Assembly: GCA_017853235.1 (NCBI GenBank)
Contig: JAFMJX010000001.1
Span: forward strand, 1 to 45,634
Direction of reading: 5' to 3'
Length of the DNA stretch: 45,634 bases
Source: Chitinophagaceae bacterium
GTDB lineage: Bacteria > Bacteroidota > Bacteroidia > Chitinophagales > Chitinophagaceae
The translations under genes were made by a program, and so were the position numbers. Under the pieces are notes generated by a model. The model had not been told where the DNA came from. It was given only the letters and a program-made list of their open reading frames with translations, and did no database searches. Shown here in pieces: positions 1 through 9,979 of this stretch (positions are counted from its first letter, which is position 1; every line of letters begins with the position of its first letter).

Positions 1-1
1 A

Positions 2-1618
2 TTAGCGGCAGTACATGAAAATATTTGTGTCGTAGGTGATGATGCGCAAAGTATGTATAGTTTCCGTGGAGCAACCATCGAAAACATTTTACAGTTTCAA
101 AAAGATTATGATGATGTGAAGTTGGTGAAACTGGAACAAAATTATCGAAGCAGTGCTTCTATTTTAGAAGTAGCCAACCATGTGATTAAAAATAATCAAG
201 GACAAATTCCTAAAAATTTGTGGACCGAAAACGAAGAAGGAGATAAAATAAAGTTGGTGCGCACTATGACCGACAATGATGAAGGAAAATTTGTGGCCGA
301 TGCGATTCAAGAAAATAAATTAAGAAACCATTTTTATAATAATGACTTTGCGATTTTATATCGTACGAATGCGCAAAGTAGATCCTTTGAAGAAAGTTTA
401 AGACGCAGTGGTATTCCTTATAAAATCTATGGTGGGCTTAGCTTCTATCAAAGAAAAGAAATCAAAGATTATATTGCATACTTACGCATCATTGTAAACA
501 CCAAAGATGAGGAGGGTTTGAAAAGAATCATTAATTATCCTACAAGAGGCATTGGTAAAACAACGATTGAAAAATGTTTGGTATTAGCAAGCGAAAACAA
601 TATTACCTTTTTTGAAGTGCTTGAGAAGGCAAAAGGATTTGGTTTTAAAGCTGGCACGCTTACTGCTATTGAAGAGTTTGTTACAATGATTAAGTATTTT
701 CAAAATCAACTCACCAAGCATAACGCCTATGATGTAGCGGTGCAAGTGGGCAAGCATACTAATATTGTAAAGGAATTATTTAATGACAAATCCACCGAAG
801 GATTGGCACGATACGAAAACATTCAAGAATTATTAAACTCCATTAAAGAATGGACCGAAAGTCCAAGTAATGAGGATGGCGAGTATGGTGATAAAAGTTT
901 GGGTTCTTATTTACAGCAAATTACTTTGATCACCGATGCAGATAATGATAAAGACGAAGCTGATTCGGTGAAATTAATGACAGTGCATGCTGCCAAAGGA
1001 CTTGAGTTTGCTTGTGTATTTGTAGTGGGATTAGAAGAAACTTTATTTCCAAGTGGAATGAGCGTAAACACCAGAGAAGAACTAGAAGAAGAGCGAAGAT
1101 TATTTTATGTAGCCGTAACACGCGCAAAAAAACATTTATGGTTAAGCTATGCCAACTCGCGCTATCGTTTTGGGCAATTAGTTCAAAATGATCCCAGTAG
1201 ATTTATAGAAGAAATGCCCGAAGAAAAGTTAGATAAGTCCAGCGCTGGTGGTGGAGCACGTAATCAAAGTTCGGGATGGGGCAGCGCTTACGACCATATG
1301 CATGGAGGTAACACCAAAGGATGGAATGAACAAAGGCCGCTTGAAAGTAAAAAACCAGCCGGCTCTAAACCTAGCTATATGCCAGTGGTTCCTCCAAGTA
1401 CTCTAAATAAAAATCATATTCCTTCAGAAAATTTTACCCCCGCGGACCCAACAGATTTAGAAGCGGGCATGAAAATTGAACATCAAAAATTTGGATTTGG
1501 AGTGATTAAAGAAATTGAGGGCTCAGCACACAATCCCATTGCAACTATCTTATTTGACACAAATGGGGAGAAGAAAATCATGTTGAATTACGCCAAATTG
1601 AGCATTATTCCCTCCTAA
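2..1618 (+). CDS. pcrA: ATP-dependent DNA helicase PcrA/UvrD, 5' truncated by window edge
   Basis: Frame open from base 2 (VVGDDAQSMYSFRGA); SF1A motifs LEQNYRS, AILYRTNAQSR, MTVHAAKGLEF, EERRLFYVAVTRA; C-terminal HQKFGFG Tudor-like domain. Confidence 0.95.
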   Translation, partial: LAAVHENICVVGDDAQSMYSFRGATIENILQFQKDYDDVKLVKLEQNYRSSASILEVANHVIKNNQGQIPKNLWTENEEGDKIKLVRTMTDNDEGKFVADAIQENKLRNHFYNNDFAILYRTNAQSRSFEESLRRSGIPYKIYGGLSFYQRKEIKDYIAYLRIIVNTKDEEGLKRIINYPTRGIGKTTIEKCLVLASENNITFFEVLEKAKGFGFKAGTLTAIEEFVTMIKYFQNQLTKHNAYDVAVQVGKHTNIVKELFNDKSTEGLARYENIQELLNSIKEWTESPSNEDGEYGDKSLGSYLQQITLITDADNDKDEADSVKLMTVHAAKGLEFACVFVVGLEETLFPSGMSVNTREELEEERRLFYVAVTRAKKHLWLSYANSRYRFGQLVQNDPSRFIEEMPEEKLDKSSAGGGARNQSSGWGSAYDHMHGGNTKGWNEQRPLESKKPAGSKPSYMPVVPPSTLNKNHIPSENFTPADPTDLEAGMKIEHQKFGFGVIKEIEGSAHNPIATILFDTNGEKKIMLNYAKLSIIPS

Positions 1619-1723
1619 ATCGTCTTTCGATATCGGAAAAATAAGGTGGATTGGTGCACAATAACATAAGATAGCTGTCTATTTTGATTATTTTTGTACC
1701 CGAACTCGTTTAAAATAACAGCT

Positions 1724-2323
1724 ATGATTACTACAGGCAACACCATTGTAAGCATTTACACCGAAATGACCCCTAATCCAGAAACTATGAAGTTTGTGGC
1801 AAACAAACTATTGTATCCTGGCAAAAGTTTAGATGTAGCTGACGAGAGTATGGCGGTGGCTTCCCCTTTAGCCAAAGAACTTTTTAGTTTTCCATTTATT
1901 AAGAGTGTTTTTATTGCAAGCAACTTTATCACTTTAACAAAAAGTTCAGATACAGATGATTGGCAAGATGTAATACCTACTATAAAAACCTTTTTAAAAG
2001 AATTTTTAGAAAACGGAGGTGTTGTTGTGAACGAAGAAGAAGTGGCAAAACTAAAACAAGAAGCCACTAATACGGTTCATGCAGATGATGATGATATCGT
2101 AAAACGTGTGAAAGAATTATTAGAAAACTATGTGAAGCCTGCCGTAGAAATGGATGGGGGTGCTATTCAATTTAAAAGTTATAACGATGGGGTGGTGAAT
2201 TTAATGTTACAAGGTTCTTGTAGCGGATGTCCCTCCTCCATGGTGACTTTAAAAGCTGGTATTGAAGGCATGATGAAAAGAATGATACCCGAAGTAAAAG
2301 AAGTAGTAGCAGAAGCAGAATAA
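1724..2323 (+). CDS. nfuA: NifU/NfuA-family Fe-S cluster carrier
   Basis: Nfu_N motif TPNPETMKF, C-terminal DGG..GSCSGCP (CxxC). Start moved to ATG 1724 because the ORF-track TTG 1694 lies in a TATTTTTG promoter element. Confidence 0.9.
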   Translation: MITTGNTIVSIYTEMTPNPETMKFVANKLLYPGKSLDVADESMAVASPLAKELFSFPFIKSVFIASNFITLTKSSDTDDWQDVIPTIKTFLKEFLENGGVVVNEEEVAKLKQEATNTVHADDDDIVKRVKELLENYVKPAVEMDGGAIQFKSYNDGVVNLMLQGSCSGCPSSMVTLKAGIEGMMKRMIPEVKEVVAEAE

Positions 2324-3547
2324 TTAAAAAGAATCTAGTGTAGCATCTTTTGAAAATGTTTTTTGCATTTGATGTTTATCCAATAATTTTTCGGTGTGAG
2401 ATAAAAATATAGTTGCTACTCCATTCCCTATAAAATTGGTGATAGCGCGCGCCTCTGACATAAAACGGTCTACTCCCAACAACAAAGCCAATCCCTCCAC
2501 AGGAATTACATTAATGGCCGTAAGTGTAGAAGTCAATACTATAAAGCCACTCCCAGTAACGCCAGCCGCCCCTTTTGAAGTGATCATTAAAATTCCAATG
2601 ATAGAAAATATTTGTTCCCAAGTTAATTGAACATGAAATACTTGTGCTAAAAAGATCACAGCCATTGATAAGTAAATAGAAGTGCCATCCAAATTAAAAG
2701 AATAACCAGTTGGTACCACCAAGCCCACCACCGATTTATCGCAACCCATATTTTCTAATTTCTCAATTAAAGAAGGCAATGCCGCTTCTGAAGAAGAAGT
2801 ACCCAATACAATTAATATTTCTTTTTTAATGTAATTCAAAAAAGAAAAAATATTCACTTTGCAATATTTTAAAATCAAACCTAAAACTACTATTATGAAA
2901 ATAAACATGGTTATGTAAACACTCACCATTAATTTCATAAGTGGTAACAAAGTGGCTATTCCATATTTTCCAATCGTATAAGCCATACCACCAAAAGCTC
3001 CAATTGGAGCGAGGTACATAACAAAGTGCAATGCTTTAAAGACATATTTACTAAGCCAATTCACTTTAAGAACTATGTATTGACGTTGTTTTAATTTACT
3101 GATTACAATACCCGACACAACTGCTAACAACAATACTTGAATGGTAATATTACTTTTGAAAAAAGAAAACCAAGAAAATTCTGCGGCACCTTTACTATAT
3201 TTAGTAATGTCCACTTTTTCAATATGAGTAGTATCTACATTTCCTCCTGGCTGAATAAAGTAGGCTACTACCACACCAATAATCAATGCCAAAGTGGTCA
3301 CAATTTCAAAATACAATAAAGCCTTTCCTCCTATTTTGCCCACTTTTTTCAAATCGCTCATACCACATATTCCAGATACAATTGTGAGTAGTATGATAGG
3401 ATAAATAAAAAGCTTAACCAGGTCAATAAAATGAGTGCCCAGGGGTTGCATTTCAACGGCGGCCTTAGGAAAAAAATATCCCAATAAAATTCCACTTGTT
3501 ATGGCTGCTAATACCCAGAAGGTGAGGTTTTTGTATATGTTTTTCAA
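2324..3547 (-). CDS. dctA: Dicarboxylate/amino acid:cation symporter (DctA-like)
   Basis: GTSSSEAALP, PTGYSFNLDGT, GVDRFMSEARA motifs; TTG start. Confidence 0.9.
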   Translation of the reverse strand: MKNIYKNLTFWVLAAITSGILLGYFFPKAAVEMQPLGTHFIDLVKLFIYPIILLTIVSGICGMSDLKKVGKIGGKALLYFEIVTTLALIIGVVVAYFIQPGGNVDTTHIEKVDITKYSKGAAEFSWFSFFKSNITIQVLLLAVVSGIVISKLKQRQYIVLKVNWLSKYVFKALHFVMYLAPIGAFGGMAYTIGKYGIATLLPLMKLMVSVYITMFIFIIVVLGLILKYCKVNIFSFLNYIKKEILIVLGTSSSEAALPSLIEKLENMGCDKSVVGLVVPTGYSFNLDGTSIYLSMAVIFLAQVFHVQLTWEQIFSIIGILMITSKGAAGVTGSGFIVLTSTLTAINVIPVEGLALLLGVDRFMSEARAITNFIGNGVATIFLSHTEKLLDKHQMQKTFSKDATLDSF

Positions 3548-3693
3548 TGTATATTAAATTACATAATAAATATAACTATGATTTTAATAGCATCCTTCAT
3601 TAGGGACACTTAATAATTATATGATGTAATGATTTCAAAATCTTGGTTATTTTCCAAATTCCAATTAAATTTAAGGAACCAAAAAACCAAAAA

Positions 3694-4470
3694 ATGAAAA
3701 AACTATTGCTAAGCTTATCGGCTGTTGTTGTATTAGCAACAGCTTGCCAGCAACCCAAAGCACCTGAAAGCCAAGCGGGTGTATACAAAATGGAAAGCTC
3801 TAATGTAAAAGGGGGCAACACCGACAGCACTTACGCGAATCCACATCAATTAAAAATTTATAATGCAAGTCACTATTTTTATGTGGCTATGTCGGATGAT
3901 TCCACTGTAAGTTTTGGTTTAGGCTCTTATAAACAAGAGGGCGCCAATATCACTGAAACGAATATTTATAATACGGGTAGTTTAGATACAGCAGCAGATT
4001 TTAAATTGACTGTAGTTAAAACAGATAAAGGATATACACAAAATATTCCTGAGATTGTTGTGAATGGATCAAAATATGCTTTAACAGAAACCTATGCAGC
4101 GGTAGCAGCTACAGGGACTTCCGATTTAGATGGTGTTTGGAAACAAACCGCCAACTATACTATGAAAGGAAAAGATTCTTCCAGTACACCAGGGGTTCAA
4201 TTTAAAATATACCATGCTGGACATTTTATTTTTGCACACAGATATCCTACTGATGCTACCAATACTGTTTTCAAAAAGGGATTTGGATCTGGCACCTTTA
4301 CGTATGCGAATGGAGTAGCTGAAGAAACGAATGATTTTTCCAATTACCCTAGTGTGATTGGAGTAAAGTATACTTTAAAAATTGTCTTTAATGGTAAGGA
4401 TGAGTTTACTCAAACTATCACGGACGAAAAAACAGGAAACTATACAGTTGAAACTTACAAAAGATTATAA
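3694..4470 (+). CDS. Lipoprotein of unknown function with two tandem beta-rich repeats
   Basis: MKKLLLSLSAVVVLATA-C lipobox from ATG 3694; internal duplication (GVYK..QLKIY..FGLGSY..ETY / GVWK..QFKIY..FGSGTF..ETY). Confidence 0.8.
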   Translation: MKKLLLSLSAVVVLATACQQPKAPESQAGVYKMESSNVKGGNTDSTYANPHQLKIYNASHYFYVAMSDDSTVSFGLGSYKQEGANITETNIYNTGSLDTAADFKLTVVKTDKGYTQNIPEIVVNGSKYALTETYAAVAATGTSDLDGVWKQTANYTMKGKDSSSTPGVQFKIYHAGHFIFAHRYPTDATNTVFKKGFGSGTFTYANGVAEETNDFSNYPSVIGVKYTLKIVFNGKDEFTQTITDEKTGNYTVETYKRL

Positions 4471-4498
4471 TTAAATTTTTGTAATAACATCAATACTA

Positions 4499-4534
4499 AA
4501 AAACCCCGCCCCGATTAATCGGGGCGGGGTTTTT
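4499..4534. terminator. Bidirectional intrinsic terminator (perfect 36-bp palindrome)
   Basis: AAAAACCCCGCCCCGATTAATCGGGGCGGGGTTTTT between convergent genes. Confidence 0.85.
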
Positions 4535-4573
4535 ATATTTGATAACATCAACCATTTCTTATGCTAACATATT

Positions 4574-5647
4574 TTACAATTTATCATAGATGCCGCGTAA
4601 TTTTTCGCGCGTCATAATTTTTTCCCAATCCTTTCCGAGTGCGTTTTCCCACAAGGGTTTCATACCCATTGAAACATTAATCATTGATTCAAACTGTTCT
4701 TCGGTTAAATTCGCACAAATACCCGTAGGAATTTCAATTTTATTTTTCTCTACCATATATTTAAATTCTTCTACGCCAGCAGGATAATACTCTTGTAAAT
4801 GATTCATCACAATACAATTGCCTATACCGTGTTTGGTACCCAACAAATAACTTAAACCATAACTTACAGCATGAGCAACTCCCACTTGGCTATATGCAAT
4901 ACTCATTCCGCCTGCATAGGATGCCATCATTAACTGTTCATCACTTTCTTCATCCCATCCACTTTTTTCCACAAATACCTTACGACACAAGTCCAATGCT
5001 TTTTCACCATAACTTTTGCTAAACTCATTTAAAAAAGTTCCTTCTAAACTTTCAATGCAATGTATATAACAATCCATGCCTGTATAAAAGCGCTGATTAG
5101 CCGGTGCGTTTTTTGTTAACTCTGGGTCTAATACAATTTGATTAAATGGAGTATGATCCGAATTCATTCCCAGCTTACGAGTAGGGCCAGTTAAAACCGT
5201 GGTACGACTCACTTCTGCTCCAGTACCGCTTAATGTTGGAATACCTACTTTATATACCCCCGGCAATTTAACCAAATCCCAACCTTGATAATCGGCCGAA
5301 GAACCAGGGTTGGTCATCATTAATGAAACCGCCTTTGCTAAATCCAACGTAGATCCACCACCAATACCAATAATGCCACTTACTTCTCCAAACTCTGCTT
5401 TCAATTCTGCAGCAAGACCATCTACTTGTTTTGTTTTGGGCTCTTGAGTCACATCCACATATACAATCTTATCTTTTCCTCTTAATGGAATGCGACCCGC
5501 TAAGGGCTTTCCAATAAAAAAATGATCTAAAAAAAATATCATTGGAAAATCACCCTTACGATGTGGGGCTATGATTTCATCTAGTTGATTAAAAGACCCT
5601 CGACCAAAAACAATATGATCTACGATTTTTAAATTGCGAAATTGCAT
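4574..5647 (-). CDS. kdnB: Iron-containing ADH family, 3-deoxy-D-manno-octulosonate (Kdo) 8-oxidase KdnB-like
   Basis: GGGSTLDLAK, PTLSGTGAE, GMDCYIHC, HAVSYG, HGIGNC; segments such as NPGSSADYQGWDL and GGMSIAYSQVG resemble Shewanella KdnB as I recall it. Confidence 0.8.
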   Translation of the reverse strand: MQFRNLKIVDHIVFGRGSFNQLDEIIAPHRKGDFPMIFFLDHFFIGKPLAGRIPLRGKDKIVYVDVTQEPKTKQVDGLAAELKAEFGEVSGIIGIGGGSTLDLAKAVSLMMTNPGSSADYQGWDLVKLPGVYKVGIPTLSGTGAEVSRTTVLTGPTRKLGMNSDHTPFNQIVLDPELTKNAPANQRFYTGMDCYIHCIESLEGTFLNEFSKSYGEKALDLCRKVFVEKSGWDEESDEQLMMASYAGGMSIAYSQVGVAHAVSYGLSYLLGTKHGIGNCIVMNHLQEYYPAGVEEFKYMVEKNKIEIPTGICANLTEEQFESMINVSMGMKPLWENALGKDWEKIMTREKLRGIYDKL

Positions 5648-5667
5648 GCTTTTTGTTTTGCTGAATT

Positions 5668-5675
5668 CAAAGTTA
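5668..5675 (-). promoter_or_regulatory. Bacteroidota -7 promoter element (TAACTTTG) for kdnB
   Basis: Exact TAnnTTTG 20 nt upstream of the ATG, just after the upstream terminator. Confidence 0.6.
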
Positions 5676-5688
5676 CAATCTTATTTAT

Positions 5689-5716
5689 AAAAAAGCGACT
5701 CAGTGGAGTCGCTTTT
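5689..5716 (-). terminator. Intrinsic terminator after MFS gene
   Basis: Stem AAAAGCGACTC / GAGTCGCTTTT, 4-nt loop, T-tract on minus strand. Confidence 0.75.
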
Positions 5717-5718
5717 AT

Positions 5719-7065
5719 TTATGATAATAATTTCTTTTGTAGCTCTTCGAGTGAAACACCTTTGGTTTCGGGCACTTTCGCGACAATCCAAACTAATTGC
5801 AAAGCCATCATCACACTAAAAAAAGCAAAAATAGGCCAAGGATTCTCTTTAAAAATTCCGTTGTTGCTATCTAAAAAAACGGGTGTAATTAATGTTATTA
5901 AAGCTGCAAATATCCAATGAATACTGGCTCCAAAAGATTGTCCTTTGGCACGAATTTGTGTTGGAAATATTTCGGAAATAAACACCCAAATCACCGCGCC
6001 TTGTCCAACGGCATGTGCTGCAATAAACAACAATAAAAAGCTAAGCATAAACTCGGGTGAGCTGTGTGCCATAAATCCATAAGCGACCATTGATAAACTA
6101 ATAATATAGCCAAAGGATCCTATAATAAGCAATGTTTTACGTCCAATGCGATCAATCAACCACAAACCCACAAATGTAAAAATCAAATTCATCAAACCAA
6201 TTGAAATAGAACTTAATAATGAATTGTTTTTAGCAAATCCGGCTTCCTCCAAAATTCTTGGAGCATAGTATAATAAAAAATTAATCCCAGATGCTTGATT
6301 AAAAAATGCTACAAAAAAAGCAAGTGAAATAATTTTAGCATGATGCTTCGTAAACAAGGTGGCTATGCCATGCGATTTTTCTTGTTCATTAGATATTTTA
6401 ATGTCCTGAATCGTTTCTTCTATATTTTCAACGCCCACTTCCTTTAAAGTTTGACGTGCACCAGCTTCATCATTTTTTTCCGACAACAACCATCTTGGAC
6501 TTTCGGGCAATCCCAATGTCATTAAGGTATATACCGCCGATGGTAATAATAAAACGGCCAACATCCAACGCCAATCATTGGCTCCACCAAATCCCTGTAA
6601 AAAATAATTAGATAAATAGGCTACCAATATTCCAAACACAATATTAAATTGATACATACCCACTAATTTTCCTCTATTGTTTTTGTTGGATATTTCAGAG
6701 ATGTATGTGGGTGCTGCTACCGAAGAAATACCTATGGCAACGCCGCCTATAAAACGGAAAAAAGAAAAAGTGTAGGGATCCTGTGCCAATGCAGATCCTA
6801 TTGCTGAAACCACAAACATAATTCCCAACCATATTAAAACTTTTTTACGACCATATTTTTCGGTGGGCGCTCCTGCAAATATGGAGCCAATAACCGTGCC
6901 CCACAATGCCATAGACATAATAAAAAAACCATGAAATAAAGGGGTGGTTTGCCATAAGTCTTGAATAGGTTTGTCGGCACCAGATATCACGACCATATCA
7001 AAACCAAAAATAAAACCAGCCAAGGCGGCTACCACAGTGGATTGAAATAATTTTCCTTGATTCAT
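5719..7065 (-). CDS. Sugar porter family MFS transporter
   Basis: FGFD, YGRKK, YISEIS..RG, LPESPRW, DRIGRK, SEIFP, VPETKG signatures; about 12 TM segments. Confidence 0.93.
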   Translation of the reverse strand: MNQGKLFQSTVVAALAGFIFGFDMVVISGADKPIQDLWQTTPLFHGFFIMSMALWGTVIGSIFAGAPTEKYGRKKVLIWLGIMFVVSAIGSALAQDPYTFSFFRFIGGVAIGISSVAAPTYISEISNKNNRGKLVGMYQFNIVFGILVAYLSNYFLQGFGGANDWRWMLAVLLLPSAVYTLMTLGLPESPRWLLSEKNDEAGARQTLKEVGVENIEETIQDIKISNEQEKSHGIATLFTKHHAKIISLAFFVAFFNQASGINFLLYYAPRILEEAGFAKNNSLLSSISIGLMNLIFTFVGLWLIDRIGRKTLLIIGSFGYIISLSMVAYGFMAHSSPEFMLSFLLLFIAAHAVGQGAVIWVFISEIFPTQIRAKGQSFGASIHWIFAALITLITPVFLDSNNGIFKENPWPIFAFFSVMMALQLVWIVAKVPETKGVSLEELQKKLLS

Positions 7066-7099
7066 TTCTTAAAATTTCTCGTATGATGTATTTAAATGC

Positions 7100-7816
7100 T
7101 TACAACAGTTTAGCGGCTTTTGCTAAATCCTCTGGGGTATCAATTTCTACTCCCATATATTCTGTTACCACCATCTTAATAGGCACTCCGTTTTCTAAAT
7201 AACGTAAGCATTCTATTTTTTCTGCCGCTTCTAGGGGAGACATAGGCCAATTCGTAAAGTCAATCAGGGATTGCTTTTTAAAAGCATATACTCCAATATG
7301 TTCATAATAAGTAATAGTTATGTCCTTGCTTCTAGGATAAGGAATCACGCTACGAGAAAAAAACAAAGCATTATAATTTTTATCTACTGCAACTTTCACA
7401 TAATTAGGATCCTCAATTAAATTTTGTTGCGTAAGTACTTGCATTAAGGAAGCTACTTTTACTGCTGGATCATTAAAGACAGATAATAATTTTTGTAGGG
7501 GCTCTTTTTTTACAAAAGGCTCATCTCCTTGAACATTGACTACTACATCTATAGATAAATCGTGAATGGCTTCGGCAATTCTATCACTTCCACTTTCATG
7601 AGGTCGTTGACTCATGATGGCTTTGCCACCATGTTGCACAATTTCATTCAAAATAATATCGCTGTCGGTCACTACATATACCTCATCAAACAAACCAGTA
7701 GCAAGCGTATTATCATAGGTGTGTCTGATAACCGATTTGTCACCTAGGGGTTGCATTAGTTTAGCGGGAAATCTTGTTGCAGCATATCTTGCTGGAATAA
7801 AAGCGCCTATTTTCAT
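7100..7816 (-). CDS. kdsB: 3-deoxy-manno-octulosonate cytidylyltransferase
   Basis: [37 protein letters not shown]. Confidence 0.95.
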   Translation of the reverse strand: MKIGAFIPARYAATRFPAKLMQPLGDKSVIRHTYDNTLATGLFDEVYVVTDSDIILNEIVQHGGKAIMSQRPHESGSDRIAEAIHDLSIDVVVNVQGDEPFVKKEPLQKLLSVFNDPAVKVASLMQVLTQQNLIEDPNYVKVAVDKNYNALFFSRSVIPYPRSKDITITYYEHIGVYAFKKQSLIDFTNWPMSPLEAAEKIECLRYLENGVPIKMVVTEYMGVEIDTPEDLAKAAKLL

Positions 7817-7820
7817 ATCA

Positions 7821-7828
7821 CTAAGATA
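7821..7828 (-). promoter_or_regulatory. -7 element variant (TATCTTAG) 4 nt before kdsB ATG
   Basis: Minus strand TATCTTAG-TGAT-ATG; same octamer and spacing at polA. Confidence 0.5.
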
Positions 7829-8650
7829 TTAATAATCTGTTTTAATGTTTTTATTAAACGGCACTTTTAGTTGATATGAAAGTGATTCATCCTTACTGTT
7901 GTCTAACACATCTAAACCATATGTAATTTCACTCATTGGGGTACTATTATATGTGCCTAATAATCTATCCCAAATTGAAAATATATTTCCATAGTTGCTG
8001 TCTGTTTGAGGGCGCACCAGGTGGTGGTGCACTCGGTGCATATTAGGAGATATGATGATCCAGCCAAAACTTTGATCAAACCATTTTGGTATTTTAATAT
8101 TAGCATGATTAAACTGAGCCAACACCACGCTTAAGCTTTGATACAACATAACCAACCAGATGGGCGTGCCTAATAACAAAACGGCAAATATTGCAAAAAC
8201 CGCTCTCACAATGGATTCTCCAGGGTGATGTCTGTTTGCGGTGGTGGTATCTACATGTGTATCAGCATGGTGTACCATATGAAACTTCCATAAAAAAGAA
8301 ACTTTATGTTCAATCAAATGAACTAAATATGCACCAATAAAATCAAGCAATAATAAACCCAAGATGGCACTCGTTAAGGGTGATAATTGAAACCATTGTA
8401 ATAAACCAAAATGATTCATTACTACCCAGTCACTTGTTTTTACCATAAAAAAAGCAAAACCAAAATTGATGACAATGGTAGTAAATGTGAAAAATATATT
8501 TATTGCAGCATGTTTTGTTTTTGAATATTGAAACTTGAATAAAGGAATCAGTGATTCTACCAGCCAAAAAAAAGTAATGCCGCTAGCTAAAATAAGCGCA
8601 CGATGTAAACTTGATATGGTTTCGAAATATGCTTTTATAGTTTCAAACAT
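7829..8650 (-). CDS. Sterol desaturase / fatty acid hydroxylase family protein
   Basis: His boxes HLIEH, HMVHH, HRVHH; NYG..WDRLLGT; hydrophobic. Confidence 0.9.
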   Translation of the reverse strand: MFETIKAYFETISSLHRALILASGITFFWLVESLIPLFKFQYSKTKHAAINIFFTFTTIVINFGFAFFMVKTSDWVVMNHFGLLQWFQLSPLTSAILGLLLLDFIGAYLVHLIEHKVSFLWKFHMVHHADTHVDTTTANRHHPGESIVRAVFAIFAVLLLGTPIWLVMLYQSLSVVLAQFNHANIKIPKWFDQSFGWIIISPNMHRVHHHLVRPQTDSNYGNIFSIWDRLLGTYNSTPMSEITYGLDVLDNSKDESLSYQLKVPFNKNIKTDY

Positions 8651-8678
8651 AATTTGTATTTATACTATAAATGTAAAT

Positions 8679-8716
8679 AAAAAACCCGATGTTCTTTGTA
8701 AGAAATCATCGGGTTT
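8679..8716 (-). terminator. Intrinsic terminator after dnaN
   Basis: AAACCCGATG..CATCGGGTTT stem with T-tract on minus strand; second hairpin ACTTGCTT/AAGCAAGT at 8721-8739. Confidence 0.7.
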
Positions 8717-8757
8717 CAAGACTTGCTTAAAAAGCAAGTATAGTTGTATGGTACGGA

Positions 8758-9873
8758 TTAACTATTTAACATTAAAGGCATCACCAACATTAATAAATCC
8801 TCATTAGGTGCTTGTTCGGAAGGTTTGATTAAGCCTGCTTTGGTAGGAGTAGACAACTCAATGTAAACATCGTCTGTATCAGCGGCAGAAAGCATTTCAA
8901 TTAAGAATTTAGCGTTAAATGCAATTTGAATGTCTTCTCCTTTGTATTCACAACTCATTCGTTCATTCCCTTCAAAACTAAAGTCAATATCTTGTGCGGC
9001 CATTTGCAATTCGTTGCCCGCAATATTTAATGCAACCTGATTCGTGCTTTTGTTACTAAACACATTTACGCGACGAAGCGCGTTTTGAAAATCATGTTTA
9101 TTCACGGTCAATCGATACGGATTGTCCGCAGGGATCACCACTTTATAATCCGGGAAGCGCGCATCAATCAATCTACAAATTAATTGCGTTGAACCATGAT
9201 CAACAAATAAATGATTGCTGTTAAAGCTTACCGTAATAACATCTTCATTATCTGGCAATGCGTTTTTTAATAAGTTTAATGGTTTTTTAGGAACGATAAA
9301 GGAAGCGTTTTGTGTTGCTTTAGCATCTGTACGTTTATATCTAACTAGGCGGTGCGCATCTGTAGCAACAAACTGAACTCCATCTTTAGAAAGTTCAAAG
9401 AAAACCCCTGTCATAGCAGGTCTTAGGTCATCTCCGCTCACCGCAAATAAAGTTTTATTAATTGCAGTTAACAATCCGGTGCTAGTCATTTTAAATCCAG
9501 TAGTATCGTCTGCGGTAGGTTCTTTAGGAAAATTATCTGGATTTTCTCCCATCACTTTATACTTACCATTATCGCTCGTAATTTCTACTGCATAATTTTT
9601 ATCAATGTTAAAAGTTAATGGCTGGTCTGCAATATTTTTTAAAGAATCAATTAAGATTTTTGCTGGAATACAAACTCGCCCATTGGATTTACTTTCTACA
9701 TCCATTTGAACGCGCATTACAGTTTCTAAATCGGTGGCAATGATGTTTAATTTTTTATCTTCTATTTCGAATAAAAAATCTTCCAAAATAGGCAATACCG
9801 TATTGGTGTTAATCACCCCTGCGATTTGTTGCAAATGTTTTAATAAAGAAGAAGAGGATACTATAAATTTCAT
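8758..9873 (-). CDS. dnaN: DNA polymerase III beta clamp
   Basis: LPIL, ATDLE, VATDAHRL, FPDYKVVIP, C-terminal LVMP; 371 aa. Confidence 0.97.
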   Translation of the reverse strand: MKFIVSSSSLLKHLQQIAGVINTNTVLPILEDFLFEIEDKKLNIIATDLETVMRVQMDVESKSNGRVCIPAKILIDSLKNIADQPLTFNIDKNYAVEITSDNGKYKVMGENPDNFPKEPTADDTTGFKMTSTGLLTAINKTLFAVSGDDLRPAMTGVFFELSKDGVQFVATDAHRLVRYKRTDAKATQNASFIVPKKPLNLLKNALPDNEDVITVSFNSNHLFVDHGSTQLICRLIDARFPDYKVVIPADNPYRLTVNKHDFQNALRRVNVFSNKSTNQVALNIAGNELQMAAQDIDFSFEGNERMSCEYKGEDIQIAFNAKFLIEMLSAADTDDVYIELSTPTKAGLIKPSEQAPNEDLLMLVMPLMLNS

Positions 9874-9979
9874 AACTCCTATGTGTTTTGTTTAACTTTT
9901 TGAACAAGACAAACCTACTGCAAAATGTTAAGAATAAAAAGCTATTTTAGCAATTCTTATCGACATTCTTTCGACCCTC

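Noticed and set aside
3541-3565. AATGTATATTA resembling the centre of a dif site
   Set aside because: The XerD arm (TTATGTTAAAT) is poorly matched, it overlaps the dctA start, and the context is AT-rich and origin-like.
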